Positions 24,701-36,900 of a DNA stretch of 64,000 nt are shown piece after piece. The translations under genes were made by a program, and so were the position numbers. A model generated the notes under the pieces. That model saw only the letters and a list, made by a program, of their open reading frames with translations. It searched no databases and was not told the DNA's origin. Source of the DNA: Macrostomum hystrix. Its lineage: Eukaryota; Animalia; Platyhelminthes. The DNA is taken from contig CATNEN010000008.1 of NCBI GenBank assembly GCA_950097015.1, positions 4,092,001 through 4,156,000 of the forward strand. The letters run 5' to 3'. How positions within the stretch are numbered: position 1 is the stretch's first letter; every line of letters begins with the position of its first letter.

Positions 24701-27700
24701 TGGGGATTGGGTAGGGATCTGTGGGGATTGGGTAGGGATCTGTGGAGATTGGGTAGGGATCTGTGGGGATTGGGTAGGGATCTGTGGGGATTGGGTAGGG
24801 ATCTGTGGGGATTGGGTAGGGATCTGTGGGGATTGGGTAGGGATCTGTGGGGATTGGGTAGGGATCTGTGGGGATTGGGTAGGGATCTGTGGAGATTGGG
24901 AAGAGATCAGTGGAAATTGGGTAGGGATCTGTGGGGATTGGGTAGGGATCTGTGGGGATTGGGTAGGGATCTGTGGAGATTGGGAAGAGATCAGTGGAAA
25001 TTGGGTAGGGATCTGTGGGGATTGGGTAGGGATCTGTGGGGATTGGGTAGGGATCTGTGGGGATTGGGTAGGGATCTGTGGAGATTGGGTAGGGATCTGT
25101 GGGGATTGGGTAGGGATCTGTGGGGATTGGGTAGGGATCTGTGGGGATTGGGTAGGGATCTGTGGGGATTGGGTAGGGATCTGTGGAGATTGGGTAGGGA
25201 TCTGTGGGGATTGGGTAGGGATCTGTGGGGATTGGGTAGGGATCTGTGGGGATTGGGTAGGGATCAACATAAATTATTTTCATAGAAATACGAAAGCATA
25301 CATGTTGCTCGAAATGAGATTTGAAGATGTGAAAAGTTTTGTTTCATGCTGATTTTTCATAGAAATCGCAAATGCACATTGTCCTTTGTGTTCTTCCCCA
25401 GATGCTCTTGAACTATTTTTCTCCCAAATCATGATCTTGTGATCTGTGTGAATGCAATTCTGAGCACTGGCTATCGAATCTATTTATTAGTTTTATTCAT
25501 TCTTTTAATTACCAAAAACAACTAAAAATAAAAACTTAGGGATTTCTTGTTTGATCCTCAATCTGCAGATCGAAGGCGAATCGACCGGAGCCAAGGATGA
25601 AGAGCGGGAGAGGCGCCTGTTCCCGGACAAGAATCTGGGCAACATGCGAATCACCTGTCATGAGCTCACACCAGACTTTCTCATCTTTGGCACCGATGTG
25701 AGTCACATCTGTGGTTTTTTGTGGATGAAAAGGCTTTTAAAATTAATGTTTTCTATAAGTTGCGATTCTTAGAATGATAAATAACGTTTCTTAGAATTCA
25801 CAATTCTAAGAATTTTAGATTTTTAAAATTTAGAACTTACGTTTCTTAGAATATACGATTCTTGGAATTTGAGATCACGGTTCGAAAAATTATCGACTCG
25901 AAGAATTTACAAAAAGAATTTTTTTAGGAATTTTAAAGTCAAAATTGTTAGAAGTATAGATGTTTAGTATTTTTAATGATTCTTGGGATTAAAAAACCTG
26001 AGAACTGACTGTTTATTGAATAACGAATTCTTACAATTTGTGGCGTATACTAAACTCAACGGTTTGAATTATAGATTTTATTAGCTGTTTAATTAATTGA
26101 TGCATTGAACTAAACACTAACCATTAGGTGAATGAATGACTCACTTGAAAATACATTCCACAGACTGGCTGCGTCTATTTCTTCTACATGGAAGACTGGG
26201 ACTTCTCTCACGACATCAAGCACACCTGCGGAATTAAGAAGATCTTTCCGAATCTATACGGCACCCGGGTCATCATCTTCGACGATCGCGGCGAAGCGTT
26301 TGTGTGTAATCCAGTAAGAAAACCCTTCGTTTTTGATTGGTTGCTATCTTTAGAACAGTGGTTAGGGAGAGAAGTGTATGCATAACTGGGTTGTGCAGTG
26401 AGGGAAGGGCGCAGATAAAATGTAATGTACATTTGTGTGTACGTAAATGATAGTGGTTTAATTTTGTAAGAAAACCGTCCGTTTTTTACTGGTTGCTATT
26501 TATAGAATACCGTTAGGGATAGAAGTAAATGCATGACAAGGGGGTGTAGTGAGGGAAGGGCGCAGATATCAATGTACGTAATAGAGTGTACGTACACGAT
26601 GGAAAAACATTTCAGCTGAACGATCACATGATTCCAATACCGAACTTCAATGCGCGCACAACAGGAGCTATGTGGGACCAGAACTTCAACGATCAGGTGA
26701 AAGTAGACTTTCTTTATTGTGAAATTATTGTTTATTTGCAACTTAAACGTCATTTGGAACTTCATGTTATGCTCCATATAATTTTTTTCATGAGAAAAGT
26801 TACACAAAATTCACGCAGAATTTATTCGTGACTACCACTGACGTGTCCATTGATGCTTATTACATGGAAGACGCTGTTCAAGGTAAATTGCCGGCCTTTG
26901 GTCCCAAACTAACCCACATTGTCTGATGAGCAGAAAGGTAAAGTAAAGAAGATTAAAAAGCAATGTGAAAATGTTCTAATTAATCTTGAAATTTCTTTGA
27001 GAACGATTGTATTCTGATGTTTTTTCTTTCTCGCTCATCGGACAATCTGAGTGCGGTTTGGTCTGACGCTTTGTGTTGCAAAAAACTAAACCTGATTTGG
27101 CTTTTGGTATTGTTGATATTAAACCGATAATTTTACTGTTGCCTTAGTTAATCATCGCAAGTAATAACCAAGTCCATTGCGTAGTTAAAATGGTAACCAT
27201 AGTAAAATTCTACGAGTATATTATTGCTTCTAATGTTCGCAACTAACCAATACGTGACTATAACATATTTTTTACAAATTCGTTGATTAATTGTTGTTTT
27301 AATGAATCAATATAAATTGATTTTGATTCGTTAATTAAAGTCTTTACCACGCAATGGTGGCAGGCCACAAAATAGTCCCATTTTTGTTTGTGACCGCTGT
27401 CTGTTAATGGCATGTGTCTGTGTTTGTGTTTGCGTAAATGAAGTTTACAAAAAGTCAAAATGTACTTTTAGTAGTGAAATAAAAAAATCTGTCAAATAAA
27501 AAAATCACAAAAGCCTGGCACAAAATAACAAAACAGGAAGTTTTCATCACATTCGACGACCAAAACGTCTTCACCCACCTGTTGGTGACTGACGCTTCGG
27601 GTATGAGTAACGGAGCACCTGTCAATCAACGCTCCTCGGATGGCGAGGCCAGCTTTATTGGCGGCGGCAGGCAGCCAGGGGCGACCCGCTCCGTCCAGGG

Positions 27701-30700
27701 GATCAGTAAGGAACATAAGTTTTAGGAATTAACTCAGTATACAGGGCCGATATGTATTGAAAAAGTCGAAAATAATTTCCTTTTTAATTGAAACTTGGGC
27801 AAGAAAGAAGCAGATTCAGAAAAAAAAATTTTACAGCTTTACACAAGGAAGCAAATCATTGCACCTGGACTGAGATTCGAACTCCCGACCTCTTGATCAG
27901 CTCTAAGCTCTAACCACTGCGACACCCACCCCACCCCAACCCCAACCCGACTCTTAATTAGGTCGAAAAGTAGATCTATAATATATACAGCCAATAAGCC
28001 TACAAATATTCCATTAAGAAGCATGGCATAAATAAAGAAGTATAATTTGCGGCCTATATGTATAGAAAATGTATATCAGCATTTGCATTGAAATAAAAGT
28101 CAGAAAAGTTCAATCAGCTCCGTAAGTATAATTCCCAGCGACTAGAATCTTTGTCTAAATTTTTCTTCGAAATCTCTACAAAATGGAGCTTTATGTACAT
28201 TATTTTTTTCTTTCTCTTTTCTGCTTCTATTGAAAAAAAGTTATCATTTCTCTGCTTGAAATGTTTTTTATAAGAAAATTAATTTATCTTCATTTTCAGA
28301 TAGTTTATTCAATATTTGGTCTTTAAACTACCACGAGGCTTTGTCATTTGAGACATTGCTAAAATCACTCGTACATGAATCGTGTGCACTGCTTTACATT
28401 ATCTTGTTGTTGTTAACACACACGAAAGTGGCCTGATATTCTAGAACCTGTCTCATTTGATTTTTGTTTAGTTTTTTAAGAGACGACGTCAAATGACGAT
28501 ATTTTCATACGAACCAATCAAAGCAAAGAACATAGGCTATTTTTAGAACAAATTTCCAAGAGATAATGTCGGATGACGCAACTTTCGCATTAACCAATCA
28601 GAATGGAGAAGGGTAGGCTATTTTTAGAACAAATGAAAACCCTCCCCCCCAACCCAACGCTAACCCCTGGCTAGGTCCAGTATGCGAGCACATCTGCACC
28701 ACCAAGCTGCCCTATGATCATTCGCCCCTGCTGCTCAATGGCGGCCAGGTGTACATGCACAATCAGGGTGGCAAATTGGCCAGCATGCTTCTGGGCTCTC
28801 ACAGCTACCTTGACTCGCTAGACAAGCTGGATGAATTGTCCGTAAAGGAGGTGAGTTCGATGGCTTATCAACCATTTTTAACATGCTAATATCGCTGCAC
28901 CGCAAATGAAACCAACCCAGATGCAGGCCATGTTTGCTCTGGCTGTGAAGGCCCGCCGCTTCAAGGACGCCTGGATCCTGGCTGAGCACATGGACAGTCA
29001 GGAGCGCTGGTGCGAGTTAGCCAGAGCCACACTCACCAGTCTGGACATTCCTCTGGGTGAGTTGATGGCAGAGACTATGTCGAGCGATTATTCGCCTCGT
29101 AATCTAAGATTGAGTACTTTGCTCAAGGATTAAGGTTAAGATTGTGGTTCTTCAGTTTACCCTGGTCGATGATTTTTCGGAATTCATTGGCGTCCCGAAA
29201 GAATCAAATTTTCGTTTTTTTTTCTGTTTTTCCATAAGTAATTTAGCATTAAATCTGTGGACTTCTCGCAATTTTCACGATTTTTTGTTTATCTCTTGAA
29301 TGCGTAAATTTTTTCCGGGTTTGTCGTTATAATGATGTCAATGCCAATGTCAAAGTTAATGTCTATATTCTGGATTTTCGTTCTTTTATTATTATTTGCG
29401 TGTTACAGTTTCTTATTAGCCGAAATTTTCTACAGAATGAACATAAATATAATGTGATGGATTATTTTGGTTATATTCGTTTTTCAGGAGAGCTGCGGGC
29501 ACATGCCACATCATTTGGTGATTAGTAGAAACGAGGAGGCAATTCTGCCCATTTAGCTGACTCCTGAGCACTCACGCACACAGATACCGTACGCAGGCAC
29601 ACACTCACACAGGTGTGTATATCTGCCCTGACTTTCTCATTGTCAGTCAGTGTACACTCTCACTGTGCGTTCGAGATTGGCCTTCAAGGGCTTGAATTGC
29701 ACGACAAGCCCCAGAGCCGCCCAAAATGAATGTGGCCTCTACGCGGAATCGAGCTCAGGGACCTTGGTGCTCTGCCACTCACCTCCTTTATTTGATGTAT
29801 TGCATACTTGTCCACTTACAACATGCAAGTTTCCACTTTTGCTGCCGCAACAGCAATTCGTCTCTACCGCGAGATGGGCGACGTCGGCATGGTGATGGCC
29901 CTGCAGAAGATCGAGGCTCACGAGGATCGCAATCTGCTAGCGGGCTACGCTGCCATGTTTCTGGAGCAGTTCGACCTCGCCCAGGATCTGTTCCTGGCCT
30001 CCTCAGCCCCTGTGGCGGCCCTGGATGTGAGCTCCTCACTTGTTCTCATGATATCATGACTCAAAACTGTCAAAAGTGCATCAATGCGAGACTGTCAAAT
30101 TCAACAGATGCGTCGCGACCTTCTCCACTGGGACTCGGCACTGCAGTTGGCCAAAGCTCTGGCCCCGGAAGAGATACCGTTCATCTCCAAGGAGTATGCT
30201 CAACAGCTTGAGTTCACCGGCGACTATGTTAACGGCCTCATGCACTTTGAGAAGGGCCTAACTCGGGATCCCAAACACCTGGACCACGACGAGGCCTGCA
30301 TGGCTGGCGTCGCACGCGTGGCTCTGCGATTGGGTGACTCAAAACGGGGAGTAGCGATTGCGACTCAGAGCAAGAACAAATTCCTTAAGCGTGACTGCGC
30401 CGGAATTCTTGAGAACATGCGGGTGAGACTGCTGGATTGATTGGGCTGCTGCTAACGTAGGGCTGGAGTTGGGAGTGAGGTTGGTGTTTTGAGTGAGGCG
30501 GGTGTTGGGAGTGAGACGGGTGTTGGGGGTGAGGCGGGTGTTGGGAGTGAGGCGGGTGTTGGGAGTGAGGCGGGTGTTGGGAGTGAGACGGGTGTTGGGG
30601 GTGAGGCGGGGCTTGGCGGTGAGGTTGGTGTTGGGAGTGAAGCGGGTGTTGGGGGTGAGACGGGTGTTGGTAGTGAGTCGGGTGTTGGTGGTGAGGCGGT

Positions 30701-32731
30701 TGTTAGGTGTGAGATGGGCGTTGTGAGTGAGGTTGCTGTTGGAATGATGTCGTGCCAAAGTTGGCTTAAAATTCCTTTAACCCTATCAACCTGTAGCAAT
30801 GGCAGGAGGCCGCCACCCTTTACGAGCAAGCAGGCTTCTACGACAAAGCTGTTGCTGTGTACCTTCGCTCTAAGAATCTGAGCAAAGTGGGAGAACTCCT
30901 GCCGTATGTGACCTCGCCCAAGCTGCATCTGCAGTACGCGAAGGCTCGCGAAGCCGAAGGTCGTTTTCGCGACGCCGTGGAAGCCTACAAAACAGCGAAG
31001 GAGTGGGAGAGCGTGATTCGGGTGTGCCTGGATCACCTGAGCGATCCCGAGCAGGCGGTTCGAGTCGTGCGCGAGTCCGGCTCCATCGAGGGCGCCAAAC
31101 TCGTAGCCAACTTCTTCATCAAACTGTCCGACTACAGCTCAGCTATCCAGTTCCTGGTGATGTCCAAGTGCCTCACTGAGGCCTTTCAGCTGGCCCAGAA
31201 GCACGGCCAGATGGAGACCTACGCTGAGATCATCGGCGAGGACGGGGCCACCGTCGAGGACTATCTGAGCATAGCCAAGCACTTTGAGAACGACAAGAAC
31301 AGCTACTTGGCGGGAAAGTTCTACCTGCTGGCCGGGCAGTACGAGAGAGCGCTCAAACATTTCTTCCGAGTGCCCTACAAAGACTCGGGTGAGCAGAACT
31401 GGGACTGAAGGAGTGGAGCATGAGCATGAGACAAGATGAGATCAGGATGAAACCTATTTATCCCCAATCAAAACCCATCAAGGCGACAACAAGGCCCTCG
31501 ACCTGGCCATCGAGGCGGTCGGCCGCGCTCAGGACGAGAAGCTGACCAACCAGCTCATCGAGTTCCTCATGATGGAGGACGAGCGCAGCGGGCCGAAGGA
31601 CGCCAAGTATCTGTTCAAGCTGTATATGGCGCTGAAGCAGTTCAGGGAGGCGGCCAGGACGGCCGTGATCATCGCCCGCGAGGAGCAGAACGCAGGGAAT
31701 TACCGGGTTGCTCACGACCTGCTGTTCGGCATGATGCAGCAGCTGCGCCAGAATCACATCAAAGTGCCCGCTGAGCTGGAGGCGTCCATGCTGCTGCTGC
31801 ACTCTTACATCATCGCCAGGATGCACATTCGCCGGGGCGACCATCTGGCGGGTGCCAGGCTGCTGGTCCGAGTCGCCGAGTCCATCTCCCGGTTCCCGGC
31901 CCACGTGGTTCCAATCCTGACTAGCACGGTGGTCGAATGCCAGCGATCCGGCCTGAAGTCCTCGGCGTTCAGCTACGCATCCATGCTAGTCAGGCCCGAG
32001 TACAAGGACCAGGTAGATCTCAAACTCAGGAAAAAGATTGAGACCATTGTTCGGCGACCGGAAAAGACGGAGCTGGAGGACGATCAGACCCCCTGCCCGT
32101 ACTGCGGCACCCAGTTGCCGAGCATGGAGCTCCAGTGTCAGCACTGCAGGAACAACATTCCTTACTGCATCGTCTCTGTGAGCTGATCCTAGGATTTGAC
32201 TTGTTGCTGCCGGGAAATATTATTATTCAATAAGTTTAGCTTCATTTTTCTTCAATTGCTGATTTTCTCTTTCAGGGCAAGCACATGCTGAAGGGAGATT
32301 TCTCCTATTGTCCAAACTGCGACTTCCCGGCACTGTTCTCCCAGATGCAGAGGTGAGAGAATTGTAATGACTGAAGGTACTGTAGGACATATTCAACTGA
32401 CAACATATCTTTATGAACCCACTCCTCTGTGACCCCATTCTTAAATGATCCCACTCCATTATGATCCCCTATTATGATCGCCTATTATGATCCCCTATTA
32501 TGATCCATTAGGATCCCATTTCTTCATGATCGCATAACCAAATGGTCCTATTTTCTCATTCTCCCTTAAATCTACTGATCCCTATCCACGAAGATCCCAC
32601 CAATCTTCTGATCCCACAGCCACCTGGAGTCTGATCCCAACTGCCCAATGTGCTCAAGTCAAGTGGACCGCGATAAAGTCACCAGGGCATTGGATGTTGA
32701 CAAGTACTTGAATCCAAAGTACGAACAGTGA
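21759..32731 (+). CDS. WDR19: WD repeat domain 19 / IFT144 (IFT-A core); ~1351 aa. Exons 21759-21764, 21854-21945, 22108-22173, 22279-22404, 22489-22996, 23068-23400, 23678-23795, 23890-23996, 25569-25697, 26164-26313, 26616-26696, [26819-26882 or 27537-27600/27705], 28675-28850, 28921-29056, 29854-30026, 30108-30422, 30797-31388, 31483-32177, 32276-32352, 32620-32731
   Basis: Extensive identity to IFT144 ([64 protein letters not shown]-terminal CxxC fingers). All introns are GT-AG; exon sum with a 64-nt exon 12 is 4056 nt (in frame). Confidence 0.97.
23455..23640. repeat. Degenerate G/T-rich repeat in WDR19 intron 6
   Basis: Recurrent GTGAGG/GGTTGGTCAG motifs. Confidence 0.6.
24597..25265. 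repeat. 21-bp G-rich minisatellite (GGGGATTGGGTAGGGATCTGT) in WDR19 intron 8
   Basis: About 31 units; reverse complement of the first units of the array at 41858-42307. Confidence 0.97.
26819..26882 (+). CDS. WDR19: WDR19 candidate alternative exon 12a ([22 protein letters not shown])
   Basis: cacgcag|...|gtaaat, 64 nt, phase 0 to 1; EDAVQG aligns with human KDTIQG. Confidence 0.55.
27537..27705 (+). CDS. WDR19: WDR19 candidate alternative exon 12b ([22 protein letters not shown]; short donor at 27600, long donor at 27705)
   Basis: aaacag|...|gtatga (64 nt) or |gtaagg (169 nt), both phase 0 to 1. [12 protein letters not shown] aligns with human [12 protein letters not shown]; the long form ends RSVQGI. 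Confidence 0.7.
27860..27930 (-). pseudogene. tRNA-derived sequence (SINE head or tRNA pseudogene)
   Basis: A-box-like GTCGCAGTGGTTAGAGC and B-box GAGTTCGAATCTC at tRNA-like spacing, but no complete cloverleaf. Confidence 0.55.
29487..29786 (-). mobile_element. tRNA-derived SINE copy A (WDR19 intron 14, antisense)
   Basis: TGGCAGAGC A box, CTCGATTCC B box, CAGTGAGAGTGTACACTG core, GGGCAGAATTGCCTCCTCG 3' region shared with the other copies. Confidence 0.85.
30462..30745. repeat. 18-bp repeat (GGGAGTGAGGCGGGTGTT) in WDR19 intron 16
   Basis: About 14 units, degenerate at the edges. Confidence 0.9.
32440..32618. repeat. Degenerate ATGATCCC-type repeat in WDR19 intron 19
   Basis: Recurring (A)TGATCCC(C/A). 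Confidence 0.6.
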
Positions 32732-33968
32732 TTGATTCAACAACCGGGCACATTTGAGTTGATTTTTCAGACCACGAGAACAAATTAATTCTTAAGCTTT
32801 TCTCTGTCTCGATTATTATCTGTTTTTGCTTTGTCTTTTTCTTTAAAGGCACATAAAATTTTGGAAAATGAAAACGTTTTACTTAACAGTTGACAGCATG
32901 CACGCAAACCCGTACTGAGAGTAGCATGGCTGGAACAAAAATACGACCGGAGGGTGTTTCTGTATTGTAGTGATAGAGATTTTCTCGAACCTTATTGGCG
33001 AATGTCAAAATTCATTTGTTTTACTTTTTAAGTTCTACTTATTTTCCTTAAAACTCTACTCACTATTCAACTTGTGCAACAAACTGAGTCTAATATTGCT
33101 GCTTCTACTGCGGATAATATGGTATCAGGTTATTTGTAAACCTCTTGTCTTTACAAGACTAAATTACAAGTTACTAATTACAACCTTGCAACATTATTTA
33201 ATATGTTATCTAAAAAACTAATATTCGTAGAAACTTAAACATAAAAAATTTGAATAACAAAGCAAAACAGTCTAGTTTCCTAAAGCAAATATTTGTTAAA
33301 ATGAACTTTTGTTTAACTGCCTGAATGGTTGAATTCAAATTTTATTGTTTACCCATGGCTGAGACTTATAATTGGAAATTATCTTTTGATTCCTTATTTA
33401 GTTACTGGGCTAGTTATTTAGTAGCTAAAGTGAATTTTATAGGTTCATGGCGTTTAACACCGCATTGTTGAAAACCTCGAGACCAACAAAAGTCACACTG
33501 GAAAAGCTATTTCAAGAGACCCGTGTGAAAATATTTCTCGCAATATCGCCCACCCCAGCCTCCGCCGGCCTCTCCAGCACACCCACCCCACTCCGCCAAT
33601 AGCATTCTTTCCTTATTGCAGCCTTCGCACCCAGTCGTCAAATCTTTGGATGAAAAAAAATACTGAGCTGGCCTCTGAAAACCCGACAGATGTACTGAGA
33701 AATAGGGTGAGGGAGAGAGATTGAGACGCGAAAGCGTCAGAGGTCTCAGAAATCTCTTCTTTAGTTCGCGACAGCAAGCAAGCCTAATGGGTGGTGGGGT
33801 TGAGCAGCTGCTGAGTACATCTTGCCTAATAAAAACTATTATAGTATTAAAATGCACCGACAAGGAGAGACAGCGAGGCAGAAACGCCCTCATCTGTGAA
33901 GCGAACTTGACTGAGAATTGAAGCTCGAAGCCCCAACAGGGATCTGCATTTCCCCCCCGCGATTTTCA

Positions 33969-36900
33969 ATGGAGGCTGCAGCAGCTGGCCCTGCCGCTGG
34001 TGGCAGCAATGGCGAAATGTACTCCATCGCCGCCGATGTCATCCAGGAAGAGGAGGCGACACCGCGCGGCTCTTCAAGCTCAGTCAATGGCCGGCCGAAG
34101 CAGCCGCAGCCGCAGCCGTCCAGAAGCCACAGGAAGTCGCAGCATCATCAGACCCAGCAGCAGCGTCAGCAGGTGAAGCAGGACCAAATCAAATGGATCA
34201 CCGCCGATGCCAAGAATGGCTTCTTGAGAATCTACCGACGAGACGCCCCCCAGGTGACCAACGGCCTGGCAGGATCAATAGCAGCCGCAGCCAAGGCCTC
34301 CTCGGTGATCGCCTGCACCACGGAGACAAGCGCGGCCAGGATTTGCCAGCAGATAAACTTGGCCAGCAACGCGCTCCACATGGAGACTCCGGACGGCCGT
34401 TTGCGCCGTCTCGACCCGTTCGAATGCCCGCTGGCGCTGCAGAATGCCCGGCTAATTGAGCTGGGATACTCAGAGATCAGGCACGTTCAAAGGCTAGGCC
34501 CGGCCATAGACATCGGCTGCTGCGTGGCTCGCTTCTACGCAGGCAGGCCAGCCGGCTGCCGGACCTTCGCCAGGCACAACCTGCAGGGCCTTCTGGAGGT
34601 TCGCTCTGGTGGCTCCGGGCTGCTGGCCAAGTGGGAGAAGCGACTGTGCGAATGCGGCCCGACTGCCATCACCGTGTACAAGGGTGAGGAGAGTGCCGAT
34701 ATTGTCCCAGTGTCCTAACGTCCCAGTGTCCCAACGTCCCAGTGTCCCAGAGTCCCAGTGTCCCAGTGTCCCAGTGTCCCAACGTCCCAGTATCCCAGTG
34801 TCCCAGTGTCCTAACGTCCCAGTGTCCCAACGTCCCAGTGTCCCAACGTCCCAGTGTCCTAACGTCCCAGTGTCCCAACGTCCCAGTGTCCCAACGTCCC
34901 AGTGTCCCAACGTCCCAGTGTCCCAACGTCCCAGTGTCCCAACGTCCCAGTGTCCTAACGTCCCAGTGTCCCAACGTCCCAGTGTCCCAACGTCCCAGTG
35001 TCCCAGCGTCACATTGACTCTGAATCGCTGAATATCTCGACGGTGCATGACGTCGGACGGCTTTGAAAGTTTGGTCATTGTGTAAAGGGCGCAAAATGTT
35101 GATTCAGATGGTGGACTTTCACGAAAATCGGTCATTCGGTTTGGGAGCTATCTAGAAGTAGGCAGCGGGTATTTGAAATATCCCAGTGGTGTTTCCACTG
35201 TTAACCGGGCAAAGCCTTGGCCCGAACTCAGGCACGGATAAGCTGGGAGGCGACCAAAGCTCGATTCTGCTGGCCAAGGGCAGCGTGGCGGCTGTGCGCG
35301 GTGGCAAGGCCGGTCGCGAGCACTGCCTCCTGGTGCGCGGGATCGGGCGCAACGGCGAGAAGGATCTGCTGCTGGCCTTCAAGGACGGAGTGGTCATGGA
35401 GCGCTGGCGAAAGCACATCGAGAAGGTGAGGAACCCGACTGGGAGGGATGAGAGGTAGAGTGATTGAGATGATAGGTAGAGTGAGGGAGATGAGAGGTAG
35501 AGTGATTGAGATGATACGTAGAGTGAGGGAGATGAGAGGTAGAGTGATTGAGATGATACGTAGAGTGAGGGAGATGATAGGTAGAGTGAGGAAGATGAGA
35601 GGTAGAGTGATTGAGATGAGAGGTAGAGTGAGGGAGATGAGAGGTAGATTGGCCGAGATGAGAAGTAGATTGTGGGGAGATGAGAGGTAGATTGGGGCAG
35701 ATGAGAAGTAGATTGGGGCAGATGAGAAGTAGATTGGGCAGATGAGAAGTAGATTGGGGCAGATGAGAAGCAGATTGGAGGCAGAGTCGGGGAAGTTGAA
35801 AATGTGAGTCCTGAAGCCTTACTGTCTACTTGTGGATTCTATTTCAGAACTTTTATAAGTGTAAATTACTCGTGAATGTCAAAACCGGGTGTTGGCATTC
35901 GTTTGTATTTAAGTATTTTTGTTGCAGATCTACGGAAATAAAGAACTTTGAGACAGTGATACAAAAACACTCACAATTTGTCTCAGACTTTGCGCAAAAC
36001 AGACAGGAAATAATTTTTGTTTCGATTCATGCGTGAAAAAAACAACTCTGATTCTTTAAGAAAAAATTCAACAAGCTGCCTTTAATAGTACAAAAGAGTT
36101 AGATAAAAGTGGCTAATAGTTTTCATTGTGCATTACTAATGAGTAGACACAGATGCAAGTAGTGTCACTATTTTAATTCACCAGTCAACCAGCCAGCAGG
36201 ACCAGACGGTCGACCTATCAGAGAGCCAGCTGGAGACGATCCCGGAGCAGCTGTTCGCGTTGGCCAAGCTGCGCAGTCTCAATCTGAAGCGCAACAGTTT
36301 GTGCACTAAAGCGGTAGCTGAGGCTCTGCAGATTCGAGTGAAACTCGGCTACCTGGAAGATCTGCAGCGATTCCAACATCTCACCGTGCTAAACCTGTCT
36401 GCTAACGCGTTGACGGAATTGCCATCACCTTTGTGCAGTTTGAAGTCGCTTGTTGAGCTAAATATAGCAACCAATCAGATTTCGGCACTGCCTAGCGAGA
36501 TTTCCGGCCTGACCAAGTGAGTGTCTGACAACAAATGAGGATCCAGGAATAGGATAGGGTGGGGAGTGGGGTGGCTGTTGGAGTGGGGTAGTTGCAAATG
36601 TACATTTTAACAGTAGAAAGACCACGCTATTCCCCCCATGGTGAAAGACAACGGAGTGTTTCAAATACCCGCTGCCTAGTTCACGATAGCGCCTAAACCG
36701 AATGACCGATATTCGTGAAAGTCCACTATATGGATCAAAATTTTCCGCCCTTTACGATGAACAAATTTTCAAAGCCGTCCGAGTCGTCAGCGTCGACATA
36801 TTCAGCGATTCTTGTCGAATACCCTGATGAAGCGCAACATCTGAAGCGGCGCTGTGAAAAATTCTATGGCAAATAAAATTTGCTTCAACAAAGCAACATG

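Noticed and set aside
27860-27930. Functional tRNA gene
   Set aside because: A and B boxes are present, but the acceptor and anticodon stems do not form; kept only as tRNA-derived.
36824-36859. CTGATGA...GAAA hammerhead-like motif
   Set aside because: Two extra nucleotides lie between stem II and GAAA, and there are no convincing stems I and III.
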